In this document: positions 1 to 11,390 of the stretch, in pieces
Position numbering within the stretch: the first letter of the stretch is position 1
Layout of the letters: every line of letters begins with the position of its first letter
DNA from: Torpedo marmorata
Taxonomy: Eukaryota
DNA length: 61,649 bases
Direction of reading: 5' to 3'
Assembly: GCA_977017645.1 (NCBI GenBank)
Contig: OZ360240.1
Coordinates: 64,294,001 to 64,355,649 of the forward strand
Translations under genes and position numbers: made by a program
The notes under the pieces: model-generated
The model's database searches: none
What the model was told of the DNA's origin: nothing
Seen by the model: only the letters and a program-made list of their open reading frames with translations

Positions 1-39
1 AAGAATCTCAACATATATACAGTACTTTTAATTTAAAAA

Positions 40-100
40 AATTTTGGTCGTAGGTGCGGGTGGACGTAACTCGCGTAGGTCGTAAGTTGAGGGCTACCTG
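40..100. mobile_element. Right end of a Tigger/pogo-like (Tc1/mariner) DNA element, partial
   Basis: Ends GTCGTAAGTTGAGGGCTACCTG; reverse complement CAGGTAGCCCTCAACTTACGAC resembles Tigger TIRs and the TIR at 49414. Left end is outside the window. Confidence 0.5.
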
Positions 101-104
101 TGCA

Positions 105-553
105 CAAAAGTGCTGGAGAAACTCAGCAGGTCACTCAGCATTTATAGGAGGTAAAGAGTAACCAAGGGCGGCACGGTTGGCGTAGCGGTTAGCGCGCAAC
201 GCCTTTACAGCGCCAATGATCGGGACCGGACCTGGGTTCGAATCCCGCGCTGTCTGTAAGGAGTTTGTTCGTTCTCCCCGTGTGTGCGTTGGTTTTCTCC
301 ATGGGCTCCAGTTTCCTCCCACCCTTCAAAAACGTACCGGGGTGTAGGTAAATGGGGTGTAATTTGGGCGGCACAGACTCGTAGGGCCGAATTGGCCTGT
401 TACTGTGCTGTATGTCTAATTTTTTTTTTAATTTAAAAAATTTAAACGTTTCGGGCCATGCCCTTTATGGATGTTATGTGACCTGCTGAGTTTCTCCATC
501 ATGTTTATGTATTGCACTCGACCCCAGCATCTGCAGACTTTCTTGTTTAACTG
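105..553. mobile_element. Penelope-like terminal fragments in inverted arrangement, interrupted by a SINE
   Basis: TGCTGGAGAAACTCAGCAGGTCA (110-132) and inverted TGACCTGCTGAGTTTCTCCA (479-498); same motif family as the Penelope terminus near 11440-11532. Confidence 0.5.
166..445 (+). mobile_element. HE1/V-type tRNA-derived SINE
   Basis: A-box-like TGGCGTAGCGG, B-box GGTTCGAATCC, core GTTCTCCCCGTG...GTTTCCTCCCAC, CR1-type tail GGCCTGTTACTGTGCTGTATGTCT. Confidence 0.9.
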
Positions 554-882
554 CTTAATGTATGCAAACTATGCAATGGGTTTGCAGAGCAACCAATTAC
601 ATAGTGAGATTGGTCAACGGGCAAAGGTCATAGATTTAAAATCACTGCTAAAGGATTGCAAAAGAGAGAGAAGGAGAAACATTTTTTTCACATCTATTTG
701 AATTTTTTCAGAAAGTTCAAAGCTCTGTAACAGGAGTTGTCAAAAGACTGTCAGGGAACCTGGGGTGAGGTCTCAGGGTCTGGCCGTCTCCCTGCTTGCA
801 GACTGCATAACCTTACAGGATGGACTGATTTTCCAGGATACAATGAGGAGCAAGTTGCATTCAAGGTGCGTAAAGAATGTGG

Positions 883-1033
883 TGTTCCAAATTCAAACCA
901 GCAATGACAGAAGACGCAATGCAAAAGGGGTAAAATTGAAATTTATATTTATTAAAGACAATTAAATACCCTGTATATAATTTCTTAACAATTAATCCCA
1001 CTATAAACGTCTATAATCACTATTCTTATCTAA

Positions 1034-1077
<44 letters not shown>

Positions 1078-1757
1078 GCCCAGACCATTACAGTCTGTGC
1101 CCAACCCTCATGTAAAAATGGAAAACCTTCCCCAAAACCCCCAGGTCAGTCATAAAAATAAGTCAGTCCCAAAAATAAAGTCCACAAAAATCACTCTCTA
1201 TGTTCAGGGTCCAAATTCAGCTCTGTGCAGTGGCACGAAGGACTTCTTAATGAACGTTCGAGAGAGAGACAATGACTGTTTAAGCTTACGAATGCTTGGT
1301 CTGCTTTTCTTCCGATGACTTTCCCTTTTGGTAGGTGCACGAGGGTTGCTGTTCCAAATCAGTATACCACTGATGGAGGCGTGTACTGTCTCGCTGATCT
1401 CACGCCCATTCTCCACGAAAGTTGCTTTATATCAGGATTTTGCTGATACAAGAGGCCATGTGCTATTTTCCTCAGTCTTTCTTACTGGAATGCACAAGCC
1501 TGATTTTGGTGTTGTTGCTCTAGCCTTTTGCAACTCCAAACTGAATGCTTTTTGCAGAGGTTTGCACCTGCTTTTGCAAAAGTGCAACAAAGTATCTTTT
1601 CCACAGCTTGTCTCTCTCTCTATGTGTCTCTCTCTCTGAGCACAGCCAGCCCTTGGCAAGTTAACTCTTTCAGTACCTGGTCCCAGTGTGTACTCAAAAG
1701 ACTTCATCCTTCCTGCTGACCGTCCGCAGTCCAAATGGTCAGTCAAGGTCCATAACT
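883..1757 (-). mobile_element. Solo LTR of the Gmr1-like family
   Basis: Reverse-complement homologue of the LTRs at 21811, 26766 and 33413; GTGG duplicated at 879-882 and 1758-1761; contains (GT)n at 1037-1074. Confidence 0.9.
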
Positions 1758-2373
1758 GTGGGAACTCGGAGAGCACTGTGCCCACGTTCAGCGGCCGTGA
1801 AGGTGGGAAATGGCTAAGAAACAAAGAACTTAGCAATTAAGAAGGAGGAGGCATTTCTTATTTTGAAGAAAAATATATTTAAATTTTGTATTCCTCAGAT
1901 TGGAATATGTCGAGGCAAAAGTGCAAAGACCAGATTATAAAAAGATAATTGCATTCATTGGCAAGTAGAGTTGAACTGGAAAGGATTTTTAGCGTGCTTG
2001 GCACACTCACAACTGGAATGCAGCTTCAAACTGCTCCAATTACTGGTCATAAAAATCACAACATTCATATCCCAGTGGGTTTATGGTTAGCCCAGCATCT
2101 TGGTCAAGTTGTGAAGTATGTTGACCTTCGGAATAACAACAAACTCCCTTCCCCTCACAACTTGCCCCCCTCAGTTCTTTCTCACCTTGATCACAAAGTG
2201 CCCTCTAGTGGATGCTGCCCACTCTGGTGTTTGCAATATATTAACATGGTTTAATGTGTAGAACTCAGTCAGTGATGCAAGCTCAGAAATGACACCAATT
2301 TCATTGGAGCTGGATCAGCTTGGTGGTAGGTTTATATGGAAACCTTGGAAGAGACACAATCAAAGTCATTTCA

Positions 2374-2615
2374 GGGCGGCATGGTTGGCGTAGCGGATAG
2401 CGCAACGCCTTTACAGCGCCAGCGATCGGGACTGGGGTTCGAATCCCACGCTGTCTGTAAGGAGTTTGTATGTTCTCCCCATGTCTGCGTGGGTTTTCCC
2501 GGTTTCCTCCCACCGTTCGAAACGTACAGGGGGTGTAGGTTAATTGGGTGGCACGGACTCATGGGCCGAAATGGCCTGTTACCGTGCTGTATGTCTAAAT
2601 TTAAATTTAAAAAAA
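2374..2615 (+). mobile_element. HE1/V-type SINE
   Basis: Near copy of 166-445 with A/B boxes, core and tail. Confidence 0.9.
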
Positions 2616-3784
2616 TTATTGTCCTTGAATACACTGCTTAGATAACAGTTCCTGACTTACGAAGTAAATTACTTTATGTGTGGGATTTCTGAGCACCACA
2701 TAGACACAACAAGCCTTTCGTATTGCAACTAAGAATAAATTCAACTTAAAAGCAGAAATGTTCAGAGATTGCATGCAACTCTCAATTGACTAAAAGTGTT
2801 TGGAATCAAGACGTCCATTTCATTTGCCTGTACTGTACAGTATGCAACATTAACCTTCAGATGTCCTGGCAGAACAAAACTGGATTGGGACATCTTTAAA
2901 GAAATGGAGAGATGCAAATCAAAGTCTCATTCACACTGACTATAAAGTAAACTCTCTAAACAAAAAAAAATCTTTGATGTGATTATGTGAATAGTACGTT
3001 TGAATAACTGAAACCTTCAGATTGTAGTGATTGTTGTGCTTTGGGCCCAAGATTAAAAAACTCACCTCCCACATCGACTTTACAATTACTTTTGTGATTA
3101 TTTAATTTCCAGCCTCCAGGTAAAACAGAGTTGCCTCAGAACGCTGTGTAATTAATTATGGTATTAGTGTGACTTCAGCATGAATGCTTCTTGGCCAATA
3201 TTGAGCTCACTTGCTGCTATTATAAGATTTAGAATTTAGAAATGTTTTTTCAATTATCATTGCATAATTGGATGCCAGCCTTGCCTCAATAGTAGCATTC
3301 TTGCTTCTGACTGACAGTTTTGGGTTCAAAGCCCCTATTCAGAAACTTGAACACAGGATACAGCGTCATGTTACAGTGCTGTATTGTGGAACCATCCAGG
3401 TACATAATGGATACACCATTGGATGAGAGACATTAAACTGAGTCTCTGCCTGGTCTCTTAGGTGTATCCAAAGGATCCTTCGGATCTATTTTGGCAGGGG
3501 AATCTTCTTGACTGAAAGATAATGGTCTGTCATTATGTCATCTCTGTGGGATTCTGCTGTGTATAAGTTGCCTGCCACATTTCACACATTGAAACAATAA
3601 GTATAATTGCAAAGCTTGAATGTATTAAGTTTATGAAAGATTTTGCTTGAATCAAATCTTTTCCTTAATTCTTCTCTCTCTCTCTCTCTCGCTCACTTTC
3701 CTTTCTTTCTCTCTCTCTCTCTCACCCTCTCTCAGCAGAACTGTGAAATGATTAGAAAAAACATATGTTCAGACAAGATTTATG

Positions 3785-3868
3785 CATTTTACAGAAATTG
3801 TTCTAAATGCGCTAACTTAAAGGATCTCTCCATTAAGTTAGCGCATTTAGAACAATTTCTGTAAAATG
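3785..3868. repeat. Perfect 36-bp inverted repeat with 12-nt loop
   Basis: CATTTTACAGAAATTGTTCTAAATGCGCTAACTTAA (3785-3820) and its exact reverse complement (3833-3868). Confidence 0.95.
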
Positions 3869-4870
3869 GCTCACATCAACTCCACGCGACTAGCCACCCT
3901 CGTCCCACTCCAATTCGCAACATGTCCATGGTAGATAACATCTCCCTGATCCTGCACAGAGCCCTGGAACACCTGGACAACAAGGACACCTACATCAGGC
4001 TCCACCTTCAATAAAATAGTACAAATAAAGTCATCCCTCAACTCTGTGACCTTGGCCTCAGCAGCCTCCTCTGCAATTGGATCCATGACTTCCTGTCCCG
4101 TAGGCTGTGATCAGTGGATTGGGGACAGCACCTTCTCTGCCACCATCCTCAACAGTGGGACCCCGCAAGGATGTGACTCATTCCCCCATGACACTCCCTC
4201 TATATCCAGGACTGTGTGACCAAACACTGCTCCAACTCCTCTTTAGATTTGTGCATGACACCACTGCCATTGAGTAGCGGGACTTGTGACTTGGTGCCAG
4301 GACAACAACCTCTCAGCAAGACCATGGAGCTATTCATAAACACCTAGAAGATGGCCAAGAAAGTGCACCTGCGCCTCTACTTTCTCAGAAGCCTGAGGAA
4401 ATTTCACATGTCCCAGCATCGCTTAACAACGTCTATGGTGTTCTGAAAACATCCTGTCAGGATGCATCGCTGCATAGGATGGGAACTGCTCCACCCAAGA
4501 CCTCAAGAAGCTACAGAGGGTTGTGAAAACGGATCAGGCCATCAAACATATCCACTTCCCCTCCATCGACTCTATCTACCTTGGAAAAGAAGCCGGCATA
4601 TTTAAAGACTCATCCCACCCCAGCCACACTCCCATCAACCCCCTCCAGTCAGGAGGAAGATTCATGAGTGTGAGATCATGCATCAGGACAGTTCCTTTCC
4701 CACCATTATCAGACTCCTGAATGATCCTCACACTAGTAAAACTATGCTGTCTTTGCTCTGTACCAACTGATCTCTCTCTGTATCCCTGCACCTCTGTTCT
4801 AGTCTGCTCACAAAACAAACTCTATCAATGCATCTTGGTAAAATGAGAATAAACTTGAACTTGAACTTGA
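3866..4870 (+). mobile_element. Degenerate 5'-truncated Rex1/Babar LINE (RT and 3' end)
   Basis: Remnants translate to ALEHLDNKDTYIRL, LCNWIHDFL and GTPQGC; tail AATAAACTTGAACTTGAACTTGA. Confidence 0.75.
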
Positions 4871-5039
4871 AATCCATTGAGCCTGACAGCCAACAGCCCT
4901 GCCTTACAGAACAGAACCATGTTGGCTAAGCAGGTAAGGTTTGAGGGATGCAGTCATGGTTGTGTGTGTGGGATGGGAGGGGGGGGGAGGTGGAAAGGGT
5001 AATAGTGGGCTGCAGTTAGATTTTATTTAATTGTAATTT

Positions 5040-5210
5040 TTTATTATTTTAATGATGCAGCACAGTAGAAGGCCTTTCCAGCCCGTGCCACCCAATTATG
5101 CCCAATTAACCTACAACCCCGTACGTTTTGGAGGGTGGGATGAGACTGGAGCACTCAGAGAAACCCACACAGGTCGCAGGAAGAATGTACAACCTCCTGA
5201 CAGACAGCAG
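5040..5210 (-). mobile_element. HE1/V-type SINE fragment
   Basis: Reverse complement of SINE core and tail (CCCAATTAACCTACAACCCCGTACGTTTTGG). Confidence 0.7.
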
Positions 5211-5229
5211 TAAGTTAGTTGGATGAGCT

Positions 5230-5482
5230 GGAAAAAGGTACAGGAGCCTAAAGTCGAGCACTTAATGGCACAAGGACAGCTTCTTCCCCGCTGCCATCAG
5301 ATTCCTGAATAATCAATGAACCAAAGACACTGACTTACTTTTCGTGCACTATTGTTTATATTTTTTATAGTAATGTCGTAAGATGGTTATAATATCAATA
5401 TTATAATATCAGCACTATGATGCTGCCGCGAAACACCGAATTTCATGACTTGTTCATGACAATAAATTCTGATTCTGATTCT
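5230..5482 (+). mobile_element. Rex1/Babar LINE 3' end
   Basis: Nearly identical to 31005-31240 (GACAGCTTCTTCCCCGCTGCCATCAGATTCCTGAAT; tail AATAAATTCTGATTCTGATTCT). Confidence 0.8.
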
Positions 5483-5557
5483 AATCGCAGAGCACTTATG
5501 GCATAGGGATTGCTTAAGGTGGAATGTGAGTTTAGGGGGGCAGTTTGAAAACCACTG
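5483..5557. mobile_element. Truncated hAT MITE arm
   Basis: Matches 10531-10603 and ends TTTGAAAACCACTG. Confidence 0.75.
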
Positions 5558-5559
5558 CT

Positions 5560-5676
5560 TTGGAGGGATATGGGCCAAACACAGGCAGGTGGGACTAATG
5601 TAGGTGGGACATTTTGGTCAACGTGGGCAAGTTGGGCCGAAGGGCCTGTTTTCTCACTGTGTGACTCCATGACTCT
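5560..5676 (+). mobile_element. CR1 (HER1-like) LINE 3' tail
   Basis: GGGATATGGGCCAAACACAGGCAGGTGGGAC...GGGCCGAAGGGCCTGTT...GACTCCATGACTCT. Confidence 0.75.
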
Positions 5677-6444
5677 AATGAAGCATTACCAGTGCTGTGA
5701 TATCCACTGAATAAACTTCTGAAAAGTTTAAATAAATGTAATTGTGAATGTATGTACAAAATTCCCTTCGTGTATATTAGATTCAGAAATTCTGAATCTG
5801 AATTAATTATTTAAGGGTAACTCAGCCAACTCACACCTTGCTGACCTGATCAGCTCTAAGTTTATGAGCTCTCAATAAATATTTCATGCAGTAATTTGAG
5901 ATTTTATCAAGGTTACAAAGTTCAGGTGTCCATCACCTGTAGCTATGTGCTGCAGTATCTCACCCACAGAAGTCATTGCCCCTCCAGTACCCTGTGGACC
6001 ACAAGTATTAACGTCAGCTTTGGTCTCCACCATGAATGTCATGGAGATCTCTGTAAGCTTCACATCCAGCCTTTGTTTCCTCCAGCATTCTTGCAGACTG
6101 AGTGAGTGTCTCAAAAAGGGAATGTTAGGAGTTGCTGTTGATTTTGCAGAACACCATGGTTGTCAGCTCCACCTCTTCTCCACTCAAATAACATGTAACA
6201 TGTATGTCGGGGAACCGATGCTGCAATCTCCACGGCACTTGGCAGTTTAACTTGAAATTGATAAACTTGAATTTCAGACACAGGGAGAATCTGATCCTTG
6301 ACAAAGGGGAACACTATCACCTCTCTGTCTCCCATCTTAGTTAACTTTAGACGCTTATTGAGAATCCTTGAGCAGGGACACTTGGTTAGGGACTGGAAGA
6401 GACCTTACTATGACACATGGGTAAAACCATAGAGCATTAGAGTG

Positions 6445-8600
6445 CTTGTCACGGAATCATGGAAGGCCATTTGGCCCATCATGTCTGTGTTCATCTGTGC
6501 TACCCAACCAAATCCCAACTTCCATCTCTTGACCTGTAGCCCCGTGGATCACAGCTTTTCAAGTCCACATGCAGATGCTTTATAATTATATTTAAGGCTT
6601 CTGTCTCCACCAACCATTCAGAAGCGAGTTCCTGTCCCTTCCCACACTCTCATAAAGAAAGCATTTACTGCATCCCCTTCCTAATTCTTAAATGCGTGCC
6701 CCCTACCAATCAAAATGCTTCTTCTTCCTTTTCACTGTCTTGCCCTCTCACAGTTTGACGTTCCTCTATTAAGTCTGCTCTTAGTCTTCTAGAGAAAACA
6801 ACCTTAGTTTATCCAATCCTTCCTTAAAGCTCCAGTTTTCCAATCCCGGCAACGTATTTGTGCCTTTCCTCTGCACCTTCTCCATTGCACTCACGGTTGT
6901 CCTGCCATGTGAGTCCTGCTCTGCAAACAAAACTCAAGTTGTGCAAAGAGAAGCTGGGGGTGTCTCAGCAGGTCAGCACCCGCGGAGAGAAATGGACAGT
7001 CTCCGTTTTGGGTCGGGACGTTTCTACGAGACTTAAGCAGTCAGCGATCCAGGTCGGGGCCCTTTTTCTCCAGTTTACTGCCTGAGTTGTGGCCTATCAA
7101 CCATTGTTTATAATTCTCACATAACTTCCCTGCTCTTATGTTCGACATTTTAGCTAGAAAAGAAAAGCATATGTTATGAACGACTTGTCTGTTCTGCATC
7201 CTACAAGGATCTCAGGGATATCTCTTGTCTCTCTCTGTTCATAGGAGTTTCACCACCTTCCCATTTATTCCTTTGCTTTATTGCTCTTCCTAAAAGCAAG
7301 ACCTCACATCTCTTTGTATTTAACTGCTAATCATAATTTTTGTGCCTAGCTGCTCTGGAAGTTGAAATGTATCCTCTTTCCTTGCATTGTTGTTGCTGGG
7401 GGAATCAGCACTTTTTGTACCATCTGTACATTTCTTTAATACGGGCTTGCTGAAGGATCAACTCTTTAGCAGTAAAACGATTAAGACAAATGATCACAGA
7501 CCTCGGCTTATTTTCTGCGAACTTTCTCACACCGAACGAGCGATGTGCACTTTCAAGCTCTGGGGGAGAAGGTAAAACTTCTTTACCCAGAGCAACTTGA
7601 ATCAGTTCAGCAAAGAATTCAATCGGTATTTTGCCAGTTTCCACTCCTTCTTTCAGACCAATGATTCTGAGATTATTCCGTCGCGTCCTCGCCTCCAAAT
7701 CCACAATCTTTTTCCTTAAAGATGCATTCTCCTTTTGTAAGTTGAGGTCTGCTAATTTAATTACATCCATGTCTTCCTGAAGTCGCTGCACAGAATCCTC
7801 TGTAGTTTTAATTCGTTCATCATGGTCTTGTAGGGAGGTTTTGTATATCCGATATAGTTGCCAAAGCGTCATCATACGAAGCCTGACCTCGCTTCAATGT
7901 CTCAGTATCTTCGACCAATTTCTCCAGTATAACCCTCGAAGCACTAACCTCCGTTAAAACATCAGCTATGGTCGGATTTTCATCTTTTTTTGGTCCTCTA
8001 CGTGTAGCAGCCATTTCTAGATAACGATATTTCAATAACGATTGAAAAATTCAAGTAAAAAGCGAGTTAAAACCGTGGGTAATTAACAAAAGTCTGGGAG
8101 AAACAGAATTAGCTTGCTATTCCATTCCCTGCCACCAGAAGTCCCCCATCTGTACATTTCTTGATCAGATCCTGAATATGAAAATTTAAATCATTTATGT
8201 ATACAACACAAAACAAGGAACTGGGTTCTGAGCTTTCTGGAACCTCACTGGTAAATGCCTTCCAATCACAGGAACGTCTACCTTTCATTACCCTTTGCTT
8301 CTTGCCACTGAGCCAACAGGGGATTAGATAGCAACTCCTCTTGGGTTTGCACAGCCCTTTTGTTTATGCTTGTCCTGCCAAGAGCCTTGCTGTGACACTG
8401 ATTACTGTCATCGTTGACTCTTCTGCTTAGCTCATCAAAATGTTCAATCATGTTACTGAGATATTACCATTCCTTAACAAATCCATGATGACTGAATTTA
8501 ATTATCCTGTCTTTAACTACATGAATGTTTATAAATGGCTGGGTAATTACTTGCGTTATTCTTTCCTGCCTTTATAAGCAACAGTGTAACACTAGTGGAC
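6445..8600 (-). mobile_element. Old degraded CR1 LINE, interrupted by an L1 fragment
   Basis: Patchy similarity to the minus-strand CR1 copies at 36814 and 54713-60388 (e.g. GGCCATTTGGCCCATC, TTTTCCAATCCCGGCAAC). Confidence 0.5.
7437..8145 (-). mobile_element. L1-clade LINE, 5' UTR plus partial ORF1, 3'-truncated, with 17-bp TSD
   Basis: 5' end GGGACTTCTGG; ORF1 ATG at 8014 with a frameshift; DLEARTRRNNLRIIGLKEG and ELESAHRS...PRSVII motifs; CCATCTGTACATTTCTT at 7420-7436 and 8146-8162. Confidence 0.85.
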
Positions 8601-8614
8601 CTCAAGTCCAATAC

Positions 8615-8830
8615 AGTGGCACAGCGGGTAGTGCTGCTGCCCATTAGCACCTTGGATATGGGTTCAATCCTGATCACGGGTGCTGTCTGTGCGGAATTTG
8701 CACGTTCTCCCTGTTACCAGGCAGGTTTCTCAATAAGAGTCTAAGAATAAGAATTTGCTCCAATTTCCTCCCACATCCCAAAGATGTGGAGATGGTTGAG
8801 TCAAATTTCTACTTCAAAGTACCTTGAGAG
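8615..8830 (+). mobile_element. Older V-type SINE
   Basis: GTGGCACAGCGGGTAG, GGTTCAATCC, TTTGCACGTTCTCCC, TTTCCTCCCACATCCCAAAGA. Confidence 0.65.
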
Positions 8831-8979
8831 TACGTGGACAGTGAGAGAATCAGACGGAGTGGAGAGAATAGGTTCCAGAGAAATAAGTGGGGTAATGAGG
8901 TTGAGGGGATTAGTCTGCAAGCTGGTATACATTTGATGGATGGTTGTAAGGAAATATTACATTATATTAGTAACTATAA

Positions 8980-9225
8980 GGGTGACGTGGTTAATGTAGC
9001 GGTTAACGCAACCCTATTACAGCGCCAGCGTCCCAAGTTCAAATCCGGCACTGTCTGTAAGGAGTTTATACAGTCTCCCCATGACCGCGTGGGTTTCCTC
9101 CAGGTGCTCTGGCTTCCTCCCACCCTTTGTGGGTTAATTGGTGCATTGGGGTGGTGCGGGCTCGTGGACCGGAAGGGCCTGTTACCATGCTGTAACTCTA
9201 AATTTTAAAAAAAATAAAAAATAAT
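8980..9225 (+). mobile_element. HE1/V-type SINE
   Basis: Homologous to 166-445. Confidence 0.8.
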
Positions 9226-10229
9226 TCAAAAGAATATTGCTGACTTTTATGAACCACTGAGTTTGTAAAACATCTTTCATCAGTGCATAAATATTTGATA
9301 AATGGTTTGGCTAAAAAAAAGTGTGATGGGGAGGATGTGAAGAGGTTCATACCTCAGGCAGCTGGGTGCAGACGTATTAACACATGACCTTAGCGTGCCT
9401 CCTCTGAACCTCTCTTCACTTTCTTTGAGAACATCTGGACAAAGTAGCACGACTTGCGTGGACCCATCAGCATTCTGAGGTTTGGGGGAATTAACAGTTC
9501 ATTGCCAAGAATCTGCTGATAGGAGATATACCCAGTTTTAACAAGAGAGAAGGAAACAAGAAGTAAGGAGTCTTGAGCATGAAAGAGTTAATAGTGCCTT
9601 GGAACAGGTAAATGATTAAACTCAGTTTTAGTAGGCTACCTTGATTTTTTAATAAATGTAACCACAAGAAACTCAAACAGAACGTGCTCTTTCTTTTCAC
9701 ATCCGGACGTTTGGCCTTGATGTGAAAATGAAACTGTTCCATATTGACAATGTTTGGAGAGCAGATCAGTTACAAGGGCCTCAACTGACAGTAAGTTAAA
9801 GTTAGTTCCAATGCCAGGGCTCAGATGCCCAGATTAATGCTATAACTGCATCATTAAAAACATGTATCAAAACAGTTATTGTGTGAATGCATCTTCAGCG
9901 CCTTATATTCTACATTGTGTGTTGTCTTGGTAAGCAGGACACATTGATCCATTTGCACTATGTTAGAGAACATAATTAGCCTGCACCAACACAACACACC
10001 AGTATTCCTCAGAGAGTATGGCCTAAGCTTGTTGACGATCGTGTGAGCAGTCAAGACAACAGATAATGCTCTCTTGATGAGTCCTCTGTTTGTAAGTGGT
10101 AATTGGTACCAGTGCCCAGGTAAGAAGCTATTAAAAATAATTTATTTGAAAGGAGATTCAGCAGATATTTTTGTTTTCTAACCACTAGTTACAAAATGCA
10201 TTGCTACCGGATATATGATTACCCTACAG

Positions 10230-10603
10230 CAGTGGTTTTCAAACTGCCCCCCCTAAACTCACGTTCCACCTTAAGCAATCCCTATGCCATAAGTGCTCTG
10301 TGATTAGTAAGGGATTGCTTAAGGTGGTACGTGAGTGGGAAGGGAAGATTGAGAAGCACTGCTCTGGACCCAATTGTTACTGAAATATTCTGCTTGAGAA
10401 AAATTGTCATTGGCCCGTTTCCTTTGGAGTTATGAAACCGTGCACATAACGAGTCAATTAGGTACGATTAAAACAGTGGTTTTCAAACTTTTTCTTTCCA
10501 CTCACATACCACCTTAAGCAATCCCTTACTAATCTCCGAGCACATGGCATAGGGATTGCTTAAGGTGGAATGTAAGTTTAGGGGGGCAGTTTGAAAACCA
10601 CTG
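10230..10603. mobile_element. hAT (Charlie-like) composite MITE
   Basis: TIR CAGTGGTTTTCAAACT; 8-bp TSD CCCTACAG/CCCTATAG (10222-10229, 10604-10611); two inverted ~130-bp arms. Confidence 0.85.
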
Positions 10604-10867
10604 CCCTATAGTATCTCAACATAAGAGAACAAGACAAAACTTAACAAATAAAACATAAGCAAGATGAGGTAAAAATTTTAAAAAACACCAGATTTATTTC
10701 ACATATCACAGGCCCACATTGAGACCAAGATAATGATGTAGTGGTCAGGTACAAATATTCAAAAGTTGTTGTCTCAGTCATACTGGTCTCCTTTAGATAA
10801 ATGCCATTGACCTCATTGTGATCTTCTATTGTGCACCAAGCACCTGCCACATTGGTTTGGTAGATAG

Positions 10868-11390
10868 AAGGTGTGTGATGGAAAGTGTGCTGACAGGCTG
10901 CATCACGGTCTGGTATGGGGATACCAATACCCCTGAACGTAAAGTCCTCCAAAAGGTAGTGGACACAGCCCAGGACATCACAGGCAAAACCCTTCCCACC
11001 ATCGAGAACATCTACAGGGAACGCTGCCGTTGGAGAGCAGCAGCAATCATCAAGGATCCACACCACCCAGCACACGCTCTGTTCTCGCTGCTGCCATCAG
11101 GAAAGAGGTATAGGTGCCACAAGACTCGCACCACCAGATTCAGGAACAGCTGCTACCCCTCCACCGTCAGACTCCCCAACAACAAACTCATTTAAGGACT
11201 CTTACTTGTGCACTATATTGATTTTTTTTAAATTCTCTCTGCATTGCACAGTCAGTTTGTGTACATTTGTTATCTGTTTACAGTTCTTTATTTGTTTACA
11301 TGTATATGCTGTGTACAGTCTTTTTGCACAACCAATAAGTGGTAATTCTGCCTCGCCCGCAGGAAAAAGAATCTCAGGGTTGCATGTGAT
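10868..11390 (+). mobile_element. Rex1/Babar LINE 3' part; tail resumes at ~12684-12757
   Basis: ESVLTGCITVWYG...IIKDPHHPAHALFSLLPSGKRYR...RFRNS; 3' UTR split by a Penelope insertion; tail AATAAATCTGAAATCAGAAATCTGAATCTGA. Confidence 0.85.

Noticed and set aside
166-255. tRNA genes at GGTTCGAATCC motifs here and in other copies
   Set aside because: They are SINE heads followed by the SINE core and LINE-derived tail; no full cloverleaf.
10020-10130. Possible small exon (plus-strand donor CAG-GTAAGA or minus-strand acceptor); similar candidate near 37610-37705
   Set aside because: No recognisable peptide and no consistent gene model.
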